Shown: positions 1-9,933, numbered from the stretch's first letter. The stretch is DNA of 64,000 bases from a virus (IMGVR_UViG_3300028805_002025:160001-224000); one strand, 5' to 3'. Made by a program: numbers and translations. Notes: generated by a model from the letters alone, not told the origin.

Positions 1-3000
1 TCAAGTAACTCGAAGAACTCACCCTCATTGTCATATCTTTTAACAGTACTATTACCAATGGTGACATTCTCCATTTCCTTATCCTGGAGATATGAGTTGT
101 CATAATTCAAGGCGTACTTGTTGAAGAAGTCTTTTCCTCCTGTAAGAACACTAGCCATTTCCATATTGAAATTGTTAGGGTCAATAGGTACATGAACATC
201 AATTGGTGTTATACTTCCATCCTTGTTTCTTATGTATTCCCTCTTCGTATATCCTTTCTCTCTAACCTTCCTACCTTCCTCAGTATATAGAAGCCAATCT
301 CTTGCATTATTCACAGCACCAGATGAAACCTCCTTTGACTGGTTGATAGAACCAACGGTATTAACCTGGTCAAGATATCCCTTTCCGTCGTCTGACATCA
401 CTGGATTTCCATTTGCATCAGTCTGTGCTGCTGTATCCTTCTGCTGTGCTGGGTCTGTCGCAGTTTCTTCATACTCAACAACCATTGAAGCACTTCTCCA
501 AAGCTTTGTTATTGGGTCGTTTACGTCGTTCTTGTTGCCACTGCTCTGAACACCATTCTTGAACTCTATTGTCGCAGTTTCAAGACCTGGGAAGTTGTTT
601 TTCTCAAGCCATTTCTTGAATGTCAACGCTCTGTTCTTTGCAAGCTTATTGTTTCTGGTTGCATTGACCTGTGCAGATACATTGTTACCCTGTACAGAAG
701 CGTGTCCGTAGAAAGTAATCTTTGTTATCTTACAATTTCCTTCCTTGTCAATGATATTCTTGATTATCTCAACGTTCTTCTCATCATACAGACCGCTAAG
801 AAGGGCTTCTGACTTACCGCCACCCTCAAGTGCCATGTACATATCCGTCAAGCTAACAAGGGTCTTGTTATCACCTTCAATTGAAATACCAAATTCAGAC
901 TTCAATTTATCTGTCCTTGAGTCATATCCAACACTATTATACTGATAACTTGCAGTATCAAGATAGTTTATCTGTCCAGATTTACTGTCCTTAAGTGTAA
1001 GCTTCTGATTTTCAGTGTCTTTATCTACTCTATAGTACCAACGTTTCCTGTACCATTCGTATGGAGATTTCTTAGTGTATCTGGCTTGGTTAGCATATCC
1101 CATTGGTGCTGCCTCACTACCTATCTGTTTTGCAAGAAAAGGCTTTTCAGTTCCATATTTTCCTTTTAAATAATCATCTGTTTCACCATCAGTAGAGCTA
1201 CTAGCATATCTTACATGTATTTTATTTGCATTTTCATCAGTTAAATACTGACCTTTCTTTTGCGGAGAATTTGGGTCGGCATATGTTTCTACTATTTTTG
1301 AATATTCTGAACTTAATACTTTATCAAAAACTGAAATTCCTTCGTTTTTTCTCATTTCGTATCCACCGCCAGTGATACCAGAAAGTCTATATTCCATACT
1401 AACAGCGAAATCTTCAGAGTAATAAGTATTTTCGTTTATACGCTTCTGTGTACCTATACCATTCAAAAGGTAGTGTATGGCATTAACCGTAGGGTTAGAG
1501 CCATTTGGTGTATCATCCACACCACTGTAGTTGTTTGGATAGTAAACCAAACAATACAGCACCTTTTTCTCTGGTTTTGCCTCCTCTGGTTCTGTTGGGT
1601 TTGGTTCTGGTGCTTGTGGTGGCTTATTGTTTGGCATTTCCTGTACAACCGCTGGAGTTTTACTTCTAGTCCAATACTCCTGTGGTTTTGCGGACAATAC
1701 TTCACAGCCTGCGAAGAATCTAAGAAGTGTATTCTCCTGGTTATTTATGTTATCAACACCACCATTATTTCCATAATCAAGATGTACACCCTGGTTTTCC
1801 ATTCCGTTTCTTTCACTACCAGTCCAATAGTCAAGTATTGAAGGATGGTCGATAAGAAGTGTGAATGACAAGTTACCAGTTCTCTCAGTATTGGTATATG
1901 TGTATATATTCTCTCCTCTTCCAATAAACTCGTTTGAATTCCACTTAACCTTTACGTCTTCGTTAAATGTAAGGTCGTAAGGTGGAAACCACATGATACG
2001 TCCACCAAGAGGACCTTTCTGTTCTGCTGACAGACCATAGGCATCAAATTCGTCTGGTTTGTTCTTCTCATCACGCCATGCAAGGTTCTCGATGGAGAAC
2101 ATACATTTCTTCGTAGAGATTGAACGTCTTTCCTTATCGTCTGCCTTATGTTCGAAATAGTCCTTGATTTTGGCTGTAGGAGCAATGTTGACAAATCCGT
2201 TCTCATAGTTGAGGACACCATATCTGTCAAGCCTCTTGCTACCTCCTTCAAAACCATAGTTTTTACTGGATATTGTTCTAAAGCCACCTTTATCAACACC
2301 ACCAAATTCAGCCATCTCAAGTCCTTCCTCTGTTGTCACAAGTCCGAATGGTCTTATAACCCTTTCCATAGAGTTATACTGGTGATGGTAAGTCCATACA
2401 CGGCAGTATGGGTTGTTGTAACCATTTGGTTCATCTGGTTTAATCTTCAGAAGGTTTCTACCGTGAGACATACCATACTTCTTTGTATTGGCTGTCTGTG
2501 TAGGGTCGTTCTGTGACTTCGAATCCTCATGGTTAGTGTGGAATCTGGCTATAAGTGTCCTGTACTGTCCTGCCTTGAAACTTTCATTGGTTTTCCTAAT
2601 CAAGTCACAGGACATCAAGTTTTCAAAACTCTTTACAATCTGGTTACTTGCTGTACCAAGATTACCATCTGCATTGATAATTTGCTTGTTGTTTACCTCA
2701 TTATCGTTAGACTCAGCATAGAATATACCAGTATAATCATTTTTCGTATCCTGGAGCTTAAAGTCTGGCATCCACCTGTCAAGAAGGTCTTTAGGGTCGA
2801 AGTAAGGGTCTGCAAACTTAACAGTAGGTCTTTCCTTGTAGAAGGTAAACTTAGGACATCCATAGTTACCCCCTCCATACATCATGCTTGCAACACTGTA
2901 GCCCTGCTGGTAATTTCTTCTAACGTGGTCAAAGATGAACACGTAGTCTTTACCAAGCAAGCTTATAGGCTCACGTCCAAGAGACTGTATAATATACATC

Positions 3001-3128
3001 AAGTCCTCATACGAGTCATTCATTCCAATAGTCCTTGATATGAAGTCGTTATTGGATAGAATATCGGAAACACCGTTCTTTACAGCATTTCCGATTGACT
3101 TGAAATAGTTTGAAACACTACTAGCCAT
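1..3128 (-). CDS. Large baseplate hub / tail-tube initiator protein with an OmpA-like domain (3' end runs off the window)
   Basis: Not in the ORF track because it has no stop inside the window. ATG at 3128 (MASSVSNYFKS). Partial manual translation gives GRIMWFPPYDLTFNEDVKVKWNSNEFIGRGENIYTYTNTERTGNLSFTLLIDHPS (tube-initiator-like) and ITFYGHASVQG...NNKLAKNRALTFKKWL (OmpA-C-like). Lies directly downstream of the tape measure gene. Frame spot-checked, not read in full. Confidence 0.7.
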   Translation of the reverse strand, partial: MASSVSNYFKSIGNAVKNGVSDILSNNDFISRTIGMNDSYEDLMYIIQSLGREPISLLGKDYVFIFDHVRRNYQQGYSVASMMYGGGNYGCPKFTFYKERPTVKFADPYFDPKDLLDRWMPDFKLQDTKNDYTGIFYAESNDNEVNNKQIINADGNLGTASNQIVKSFENLMSCDLIRKTNESFKAGQYRTLIARFHTNHEDSKSQNDPTQTANTKKYGMSHGRNLLKIKPDEPNGYNNPYCRVWTYHHQYNSMERVIRPFGLVTTEEGLEMAEFGGVDKGGFRTISSKNYGFEGGSKRLDRYGVLNYENGFVNIAPTAKIKDYFEHKADDKERRSISTKKCMFSIENLAWRDEKNKPDEFDAYGLSAEQKGPLGGRIMWFPPYDLTFNEDVKVKWNSNEFIGRGENIYTYTNTERTGNLSFTLLIDHPSILDYWTGSERNGMENQGVHLDYGNNGGVDNINNQENTLLRFFAGCEVLSAKPQEYWTRSKTPAVVQEMPNNKPPQAPEPNPTEPEEAKPEKKVLYCLVYYPNNYSGVDDTPNGSNPTVNAIHYLLNGIGTQKRINENTYYSEDFAVSMEYRLSGITGGGYEMRKNEGISVFDKVLSSEYSKIVETYADPNSPQKKGQYLTDENANKIHVRYASSSTDGETDDYLKGKYGTEKPFLAKQIGSEAAPMGYANQARYTKKSPYEWYRKRWYYRVDKDTENQKLTLKDSKSGQINYLDTASYQYNSVGYDSRTDKLKSEFGISIEGDNKTLVSLTDMYMALEGGGKSEALLSGLYDEKNVEIIKNIIDKEGNCKITKITFYGHASVQGNNVSAQVNATRNNKLAKNRALTFKKWLEKNNFPGLETATIEFKNGVQSSGNKNDVNDPITKLWRSASMVVEYEETATDPAQQKDTAAQTDANGNPVMSDDGKGYLDQVNTVGSINQSKEVSSGAVNNARDWLLYTEEGRKVREKGYTKREYIRNKDGSITPIDVHVPIDPNNFNMEMASVLTGGKDFFNKYALNYDNSYLQDKEMENVTIGNSTVKRYDNEGEFFELL

Positions 3129-3167
3129 GTATAAAATATAATTTATTTTTGTCTTATTTAAAGATTA

Positions 3168-6005
3168 TTATGAGGTTAATCTTCCCATTGTTGTTGACTG
3201 TGATGGCATACCACGCATATATGCTGTATCCATCATGATTCTACCACCATTAATATCAGATGCCATAGACTCTCTGATTACATCCTTGAGTGCTGATACA
3301 AACGATACGTCACTAAGTAGACTCCTTACATCGATGTTCTGTGAGCTATTGCCTCCGTCAAGCTTAATTGTACCGCTTATGTTTACATTGAAGTCCTTTA
3401 TTTTAACCTCGCCATTAATTCCAGTTGACTGATTATTAGATGGTACATATATGTCTTCCTTGCCTCCTACTGGTCTAGCAACCATTTCTGTTGGTACTGG
3501 TTGTGACTTGTTGTTAGCAACTACCACAGGGTTTGTATTAACGGTATTAGGTGATGCAAAGTAATTACTTACAATGCTGCTCTGTGTGTTACTCCTTTCA
3601 CGTATGACAGAACTTCCACCGTTAGTGTTAGGTGAAGCAAGGTATGTGGTCATTCCAAGAGCACCCTTCAAATCTTGAACGGCTGATAAGAAGTCCCACT
3701 GTCCCTTTACTGGAACAACAGCTTCTCCACTGTTAGTGTTAGGTGATGCAAAGTAATTGTTTATGATACTATTCTGTGTATTACTTCTTTCACGTATGAC
3801 AGAGCTTCCACCATTAGCATTTGGTGAAGCAAGGTATGTGGTCATTCCAAGAGCACCCTTCAAATCTTGAACGGCTGATAAGAAGTCCCACTGTCCCTTT
3901 ACTGGAACAACAGCTTCTCCACTGTCTAATGCAGTTTTAACCTTGTCACCGATAAGGCTTCTACCTCCAACATATCCTCCGATTGCATGTGGTTCTTCGT
4001 CAAGTGTTGCCTTACTACCCTGTATGCTCTCAGCAGCAGCTCTAGCACCCTTTCCTGCAAAGTATCCTGCTATACCACCGCCAAGTGCAGCACCAATAGC
4101 AGTACCAACACCAGGGGCGATTGCAGTACCTATAGCACCACCAATCCAAGCACCAAGGCTTCCTCCACCAATTGCGCCCCCAGCAGATGCAAGGTCATTG
4201 TTTCTGCCCTTTTCGAGCTTTTCGATTTCAGCCTTCTTCTGTGCCTCTGTCTTTGTCTTGTCTTCCTCAACAGCCGATTTCTTAGATGAGAAGTCAAACA
4301 GTGTAGAACCGATATCCAATGCAGCTAGTGCTGTTCCTATACCAGCAACACCCTTCAGACCTCCTCTGAATCCACGTGAATTTCTCCAAAGCGTCTTGAG
4401 ACCTCTGAAACCCTTGGTAAGTCCATTCTTACCTCTCATACTGAGCTTAGCATCGTTCTTAGCCTGCTTCCATGTACGGTTCTTATACTTACTCTTACCT
4501 GCGGCTGCGGCACTGCTAGCACCACCTCCTCCACCAGCTCCGAATAAGGCTCTAAGACCCTTAAGGATTGGATTGAAGAACATAGCACCAAGAAGAATTC
4601 CCCAGTTTTGTGTCAAGAATTTTGTAACCCATGCTGCAAAGTTAATGAAGCCCTTAACAAACTCCATAACCTTACTTACATTCTCTGGCTTCAAGGCAGT
4701 TGTCATCAACTTCTCGAAGTTAGAAGCAATTGCTGGGGCATGAGCCATCAACGTTCTACCCATTTCACCAATGAAGTTCTGTATTTCTGGAAGGTGTCTT
4801 GTTACAGCCTCTGCTATATGTCCAGAGAATGCTGTCTTGATACCTTCTATCTGCTCATTGATTGAAATAAGGGTCGTAGCTTGCTTCTCCATCAACTGTC
4901 TGTCATCCATATTGTTGAACTGTTCGAGTTCCTTCAACAGCTCTGGAGGAATCTGACCGCCAGATATATCTCTTGCTTGACCATTCATATCGTTTATCAT
5001 GAGTTTTCCGTCCTTAACATAGGACTTGTTCATGATAAGGTCACGCTGGTCTTCGTTAAGATTTCCGAATCTGTTTCCAAACTTAGATTCCTTATACTTC
5101 ATTTCAGCCTGCTTCTTAGCGATTCTGGTAGCTTCTCCTGGGTCAAGTCCCATTGCATCAGCAATTCCTCTTATGAAGTCCATGCTCATACCATTAACCT
5201 TAGCCATACCAGTTTTTGCATCAAACTGAGCATATCCACCAAGTGTTTTGGTCATTCTCTCAGTTAATGCTTCTGGGTCATAGTTAGCCTCGTATGACAT
5301 GTCAAGTGCATTTCCACCGAAAGCACCAGCAGCACCACCCAGCATAGATAACTTAGCTGAACTTTCTATAGCCTTACTCAAATCAAGGAAATTTCCAGCT
5401 ACTTTATCAATCGACTGTAAATTAAATCCAAGCTTCTCTGATAATGCTGTCATCTTGGTAATACCATCAACACCGTTCTTAAATGACAGCTTGTTTGCCA
5501 TTGAAAGGTTCTGAGCTACTTTCTCACTAAATTTCTGAGCGTTCAGACCTCTCTTTGCAGCAGTAGCATAGGCTTTGGAAACAGCACCTTCGACAGTTTC
5601 CAACTGTCCACCCATGCCCTGCATGATTTCCTCAGTAAACCTGTTGGCTGTTTCAGGTCCAACAAGCTTATTGATTTGTATCATTCTCTCAGCATCTGCA
5701 TCAGTAAGAATCATTGCCCTACCGCTTGCACGTGCGAGATTCTTCTCTAGTTCCTTAACTGCCTCTGATGCAATACCATACTTCTCACCAAGGTTCTTTG
5801 CCCTCGTGGTAAGAACCTCCGTATAAGCCTGTGCTTGCTTTGCAGACATACCGACTTCCCTAGAGAAAGCGATAGCTTCCTGGTGGTACTGTAAAGCCAT
5901 CTTAGCACCAGCAACAAATATGTTGGATACTAATTTAAGACCACCTGCTATACCTCCTCCAAGAAGGCTCATTATCTGACCAAGTATACCTATTATAGCG
6001 TGCAT
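3168..6005 (-). CDS. Tail tape measure protein
   Basis: 945 aa, Ala/Gly-rich and helical, with hydrophobic Gly-rich segments (GAWIGGAIGTAIAPGVGTAIGAALGGG) and an HAIGG..GD.V...L.SGEAVVP motif; lies downstream of the chaperone genes. Confidence 0.85.
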   Translation of the reverse strand: MHAIIGILGQIMSLLGGGIAGGLKLVSNIFVAGAKMALQYHQEAIAFSREVGMSAKQAQAYTEVLTTRAKNLGEKYGIASEAVKELEKNLARASGRAMILTDADAERMIQINKLVGPETANRFTEEIMQGMGGQLETVEGAVSKAYATAAKRGLNAQKFSEKVAQNLSMANKLSFKNGVDGITKMTALSEKLGFNLQSIDKVAGNFLDLSKAIESSAKLSMLGGAAGAFGGNALDMSYEANYDPEALTERMTKTLGGYAQFDAKTGMAKVNGMSMDFIRGIADAMGLDPGEATRIAKKQAEMKYKESKFGNRFGNLNEDQRDLIMNKSYVKDGKLMINDMNGQARDISGGQIPPELLKELEQFNNMDDRQLMEKQATTLISINEQIEGIKTAFSGHIAEAVTRHLPEIQNFIGEMGRTLMAHAPAIASNFEKLMTTALKPENVSKVMEFVKGFINFAAWVTKFLTQNWGILLGAMFFNPILKGLRALFGAGGGGGASSAAAAGKSKYKNRTWKQAKNDAKLSMRGKNGLTKGFRGLKTLWRNSRGFRGGLKGVAGIGTALAALDIGSTLFDFSSKKSAVEEDKTKTEAQKKAEIEKLEKGRNNDLASAGGAIGGGSLGAWIGGAIGTAIAPGVGTAIGAALGGGIAGYFAGKGARAAAESIQGSKATLDEEPHAIGGYVGGRSLIGDKVKTALDSGEAVVPVKGQWDFLSAVQDLKGALGMTTYLASPNANGGSSVIRERSNTQNSIINNYFASPNTNSGEAVVPVKGQWDFLSAVQDLKGALGMTTYLASPNTNGGSSVIRERSNTQSSIVSNYFASPNTVNTNPVVVANNKSQPVPTEMVARPVGGKEDIYVPSNNQSTGINGEVKIKDFNVNISGTIKLDGGNSSQNIDVRSLLSDVSFVSALKDVIRESMASDINGGRIMMDTAYMRGMPSQSTTMGRLTS
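3547..3925. repeat. 192-bp in-frame tandem duplication inside the tape measure gene
   Basis: SGEAVVPVKGQWDFLSAVQDLKGALGMTTYLASPN.NGGSSVIRERSNTQ.SI..NYFASPNT occurs twice; about 100 bp are identical and the rest is diverged. Confidence 0.95.
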
Positions 6006-6023
6006 ATTACATCAAATTTTTAT

Positions 6024-6030
6024 ATAAATA
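6024..6030 (-). promoter_or_regulatory. Putative phage late promoter TATTTAT for the tape measure gene (representative of about 20 copies)
   Basis: TATTTAT on the sense strand shortly upstream of the start codon; other copies are listed in the findings. Confidence 0.7.
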
Positions 6031-6060
6031 GATGCTTTTATAATTTTTTAACACTAATAA

Positions 6061-6092
6061 TTTGGATATTCCAATCTTTTTCCTTAACTTTG
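6061..6092 (+). promoter_or_regulatory. Bacteroidota primary-sigma promoter (-33 TTTG / -7 TAACTTTG)
   Basis: TTTG at 6061-6064, 20-nt spacer, TAACTTTG at 6085-6092. Confidence 0.85.
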
Positions 6093-6121
6093 CATCGTCA
6101 AACAATTTAAACGTTACTGCA

Positions 6122-6265
6122 ATGAGATTTTATAAGAATGTTTGGGGGATTATATGGGAGTTCAACTCCTTATGGGAATACATCCAGTTTCTCATCGGAA
6201 GAGTGATTGGAACTGTCATTTTCGTCGTTATCGTATACTTACTTTACAAATACTATCCGTTATGA
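6122..6265 (+). CDS. Small membrane protein (47 aa)
   Basis: ATG follows the promoter; hydrophobic C-terminus (VIGTVIFVVIVYLLY); ATGA overlap with the next gene. Confidence 0.55.
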   Translation: MRFYKNVWGIIWEFNSLWEYIQFLIGRVIGTVIFVVIVYLLYKYYPL

Positions 6266-6675
6266 TTATCTGCGAGTCAAGATTGAAATGTCTCTTCATG
6301 GATTATAACGAGGAGTTCTTTGAGGACACCCTCCCTATGCCAGAGATTGTGATATTCCACAGTACTAAGAACTTTGGATACTTCGAGTGTGAGTTCTGCA
6401 ATGGTGAGGTTATAAACCCAGTCATTAAGATAAGTGACAGGTATAATTACAAGCCGACACAGCTTCGTGACATCCTTGTACATGAAATGCTGCATTACTA
6501 CCTTGCATACACTGGTGAGGATACAAAAGTTCATCATGGTAAAGAGTTCATCCGCATGGCTAGGAGTTTAAACAGAAGCTATGGTCTGCATATCACTGAG
6601 ACCATTAATGACAAGGAGTACACAAAAAACAAAGACACAAGTCTGTTTAAGCGCATTATCGGCAAATTATTCTGA
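6262..6675 (+). CDS. SprT-like zinc metalloprotease
   Basis: ILVHEMLHYYL (HExxH) followed by HHGKEF; start reassigned to the ATG at 6262. Confidence 0.85.
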   Translation: MIICESRLKCLFMDYNEEFFEDTLPMPEIVIFHSTKNFGYFECEFCNGEVINPVIKISDRYNYKPTQLRDILVHEMLHYYLAYTGEDTKVHHGKEFIRMARSLNRSYGLHITETINDKEYTKNKDTSLFKRIIGKLF

Positions 6676-6707
6676 AGTCCGTGATATTTATAGCAAATAT
6701 CAGACTG

Positions 6708-7385
6708 ATGAATATAAGACAAATAATATCAGAAGCAATTGACAGGGCTGTACTTGCCAGATATGCTTCAAACCTTGAGGTTGAAATGGGTAGGATTGAT
6801 AACATGGACTTATCAACCATAAACCCACTTTCATTCAAATACGTTAGTGCATTGTATGTCTATGCGTCCGATATCGTATATGCCATAAGGTCTAACAGAA
6901 TAATGCCCCCAAGAAACTCGTCTCCAAGACCAGCTTCTACGAACAGTAAGAACATCTATAACCCTAACTATAATGCCTACGAGAGGGACAGCTTCAAGAA
7001 CCAGGCTGCTAACTTCATAAAGAACGCCCCAACACAGGTTGGAAACTTCATGAACGATATAGGTATCCAGGGAACAGGTCTCATGAATGGTGTTTGGCAA
7101 ACGGCAGTAGATACAACGCAGGACTACTACACTAAGAACAAGCTGAATAAGGACATGCAACAGGCACAGGCGCAGGCTGCTGCCCAGAAGAAGTCACCAA
7201 GACGTGTAACAAAGAGGAAACCTTCTGGTGCTGACTTAACAACGCTGTGCGGGTCATTCCAGAACTACAAGAATGAGTATGGTCTCACAAACAGCAGGAC
7301 TGGTAATGAACTAGCAAGAATAAGACCAGTAACAGATATGATTACCATTATAGAAAACATAAAAAATGCACTAAGGACTACTTAG
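6708..7385 (+). CDS. Hypothetical late protein with Glu-containing leader (MNIRQIISEAID)
   Basis: Long ORF preceded by TATTTAT (6685-6691) and ending in a bidirectional terminator. Confidence 0.65.
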   Translation: MNIRQIISEAIDRAVLARYASNLEVEMGRIDNMDLSTINPLSFKYVSALYVYASDIVYAIRSNRIMPPRNSSPRPASTNSKNIYNPNYNAYERDSFKNQAANFIKNAPTQVGNFMNDIGIQGTGLMNGVWQTAVDTTQDYYTKNKLNKDMQQAQAQAAAQKKSPRRVTKRKPSGADLTTLCGSFQNYKNEYGLTNSRTGNELARIRPVTDMITIIENIKNALRTT

Positions 7386-7399
7386 TGCATTTCTTTTTT
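7361..7399. terminator. Bidirectional intrinsic terminator
   Basis: AAAAAATGCACTAAG-gacta-CTTAGTGCATTTCTTTTT between convergent genes. Confidence 0.85.
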
Positions 7400-7660
7400 A
7401 TTCAAACACTTCATCACCAGTAACACCCTGGCTCATATTTGTAAACATATTTATATCCGATGAATAACTTGAGTTTTCCATTGCTGCTGCTCTAGCCTCC
7501 ATGTGTTCGTTGTACTTGTGTATGTAGTACTTCCTGTCACGTATAGGCATGTTCTCAAGCACGTCAAATGGTATCTTCACGTACATATGGCAAGCGAATA
7601 ACTCCTCTTTAAGATTCTGTTCATATGTCGGATATATTGAGGAAAACAGAATCGTCCCAA
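7398..7660 (-). CDS. gp51-like tail/baseplate assembly chaperone segment, probably reached by frameshift from the upstream gene
   Basis: YEQNLKEELFACHMYVKIPFDVLENMPIRDRKYYI resembles the T4 gp51-type LENM.P.ER..Y pattern; overlaps the upstream gene in the +1 frame with no ATG before the conserved part. Confidence 0.6.
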
Positions 7661-8919
7661 TTAAGAAAGGTTTTAAATGAGCCACCTCCAAGGCTCTCTG
7701 GTCTCTGTACCTCGATGTCAAAGTCTATTCCAGGCTTATTCTCATTGATATACCTTCTCAACATGAGTGAATCACGTGCTGGCATTGAATTAATATACTT
7801 TCTGATATAATCCCTGTCAGTATTCCCGTTTACAGACATAATTTGGAACTGTAATGAGTTTGTGATAATCTTGTTGAACCTTGAATCGTTCTCCTTCTTG
7901 AGTTTTTCTGACCACTTCTCCATGACCTTAATGGCACTTTTGATAACCTTCTTGTCATTATCATCAATGAATTTGTCACCAATCATGGAAGCATTAAGAG
8001 TTTCTATTTCCTCGTCAAGCATATATGCCTTAGTGCCATAGTTCTCAAGTTCATTAACCTTCTGAATCTGTTTCTCCATCTTCCTTGTAAGGTATCTGAA
8101 CTTAATCTTATCCTTCTTCAATGGTGTCTCGAACTCAAACCATCCGTTCTCGTCTCCTATAAGCTTAAAATCCTTTGGTTTAAGCGTTGTTAGGTCGATA
8201 GTAGTCTCAATCTGTTCACCTGTCTCTGGGTCACGAACTACGATAGGAAAATCAGGTCCATAACTGGTTGCTCTCAAGAACAATATAATAGCATCCGCAT
8301 CACCGCTTACCAGCTCGTCAACGTTTATGTTCTTGTTTACAATCTTATTCTTCAGAAGGAAATCGATTACGAGTCCGTCCTTATACAGATTTGGCGACGT
8401 AATGATATTCTCATCATACGCAGTAAGATAAGCAACAGGTACTCTGTCAAGCTTGCTCTTGTAACACTGTCCGTTACTTGGTAACTGGATAACGTCATAC
8501 TGTACATTTGATTCAATGTCGCTGAATGTGGATTCAGTGCTTACCACAGACTCACTTGGTGTCAAGTCGTATTCCTCTTGCTTAACCTCCGCAAACTTTG
8601 TCTCTTGAGGAGTCTCAACAATCTCCTTCTCAGCCTCCCTCTCGTTAAGAATGTCGAATATCGACATGTCTGTATCACCGAAAAGGTCGTTTGACTTGGC
8701 TGTTGGCTTCGTGGCAGTATACTGCTGAGGATTGTCAAGGGCAGTAGGGTCTATTGAGTTTATGTGGTCAATAACCTCCTGCTGGGCACGAACAATCTGG
8801 TCAATCTTCTTTCCTCTCTCCTTCGTTTCCTTCTTTGTCTTTTCCAACATTTCATTATTTGCAAGGAGAATCTTTATCTGGCTCTCCTGCTCCTCTGTTA
8901 GTTTCTTCTTGTTTGCCAT
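7621..8919 (-). CDS. gp26-like baseplate hub assembly / tail assembly chaperone
   Basis: IQLPSNGQCY...YLTAYDENIITSPNL...LVSGDADAIILFLRATSYGPD...FELP-like...MPARDS..LR.YI....PGID pattern; position upstream of the tape measure gene. Confidence 0.8.
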   Translation of the reverse strand: MANKKKLTEEQESQIKILLANNEMLEKTKKETKERGKKIDQIVRAQQEVIDHINSIDPTALDNPQQYTATKPTAKSNDLFGDTDMSIFDILNEREAEKEIVETPQETKFAEVKQEEYDLTPSESVVSTESTFSDIESNVQYDVIQLPSNGQCYKSKLDRVPVAYLTAYDENIITSPNLYKDGLVIDFLLKNKIVNKNINVDELVSGDADAIILFLRATSYGPDFPIVVRDPETGEQIETTIDLTTLKPKDFKLIGDENGWFEFETPLKKDKIKFRYLTRKMEKQIQKVNELENYGTKAYMLDEEIETLNASMIGDKFIDDNDKKVIKSAIKVMEKWSEKLKKENDSRFNKIITNSLQFQIMSVNGNTDRDYIRKYINSMPARDSLMLRRYINENKPGIDFDIEVQRPESLGGGSFKTFLNWDDSVFLNISDI

Positions 8920-8934
8920 AACTATATCTTCTCA

Positions 8935-9114
8935 TTATTTTATTTTTCCATCAAGTCTTCCAATTAGACCTTCTACCTTGATAACCCTGTTTTCAACATT
9001 ATCCATGCGTGTTGAAAGACGGTTAATCATGTTCTGAATCTCTTCCATGTGCTTATGGAGTTTATCAAACTCTTTCTTAAAGTCTGATTCCTCCATGAAA
9101 CTTCCCTTAACCAT
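8935..9114 (-). CDS. Small coiled-coil hypothetical protein (59 aa)
   Basis: Read manually: MVKGSFMEESDFKKEFDKLHKHMEEIQNMINRLSTRMDNVENRVIKVEG...; fills the gap between two genes. Confidence 0.6.
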   Translation of the reverse strand: MVKGSFMEESDFKKEFDKLHKHMEEIQNMINRLSTRMDNVENRVIKVEGLIGRLDGKIK

Positions 9115-9117
9115 AGC

Positions 9118-9735
9118 TTATATCTTATCAATTAAACTTATTTTCTCAACATAAACGATAAGAGTGCCACCGCCTAAATCATCCATAATCTTACAGTTCT
9201 CCAGGATTGCATAGATGTCCTCATTTGCCTTATTCTTGAAATGCATCTTAACGTTTCTCTTAGGTTGTTTTGATGCTACCCAAGCATCACCAGCCTTACC
9301 CCTGTAGCTTTCAATCTTCTTATGCTCCTTGCTCCAGATGGAATACTCAGTCTCGAAATCCTCCTCCGACGTATCCATGTCAAGCTCCAGCATTTCAACA
9401 AAGTCACCCTGGGTTGCAAACTTCTGGATAATACCATCTACACTCTCGTCCTCCCCGTCCTCATTGTAGAGACTAGCCTCACATGACGAATAAGCCACTT
9501 TATCTTCCTTCTGCTGGGCGTTTGCACCGAACTTGTATGTCTTACCATCTGAGCCTGTAAAAACGTCCCTAGAGCCGTTTTTGTACTGATACATAGTATT
9601 CTCTACAATGTCCTTATTCCTCATGTAGTCATCATACACAGCATTGGTATACTCACCCTCTCCATAGTATGACTCATCAGCGTCGAACTCTCCGTCATTA
9701 TAATCGTAATACGGTAAATATAACGTAACTTTCAT
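9118..9735 (-). CDS. Hypothetical acidic protein
   Basis: 205-aa ORF preceded by TATTTAT (9753-9759). Confidence 0.7.
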   Translation of the reverse strand: MKVTLYLPYYDYNDGEFDADESYYGEGEYTNAVYDDYMRNKDIVENTMYQYKNGSRDVFTGSDGKTYKFGANAQQKEDKVAYSSCEASLYNEDGEDESVDGIIQKFATQGDFVEMLELDMDTSEEDFETEYSIWSKEHKKIESYRGKAGDAWVASKQPKRNVKMHFKNKANEDIYAILENCKIMDDLGGGTLIVYVEKISLIDKI

Positions 9736-9759
9736 ACTCTTAAAGTTTATGAATAAATA

Positions 9760-9933
9760 TTAGGAATTTGTTTTTATAATCTCATTCATACCATCCTGGA
9801 TATAAGTTATTACTTTTTTAACATCTTTTTCAGTAAGATTGTCAAAATTTACCTTATAAATCTCATCCATATAAGCTTTGACATTATCCATAAAACGATA
9901 TGTCTGTTTCCAGAATCCTTCCTCTTTATTCAT
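9760..9933 (-). CDS. Small hypothetical protein (57 aa)
   Basis: Read manually: MNKEEGFWKQTYRFMDNVKAYMDEIY...; ATGA overlap with the upstream gene. Confidence 0.55.
   Translation of the reverse strand: MNKEEGFWKQTYRFMDNVKAYMDEIYKVNFDNLTEKDVKKVITYIQDGMNEIIKTNS

Noticed and set aside
6023-6030. T4-type late promoter TATAAATA read on the plus strand
   Set aside because: At most sites (e.g. 17749, 21398, 46878, 48780) it would point away from any gene; the TATTTAT orientation fits genes on both strands.
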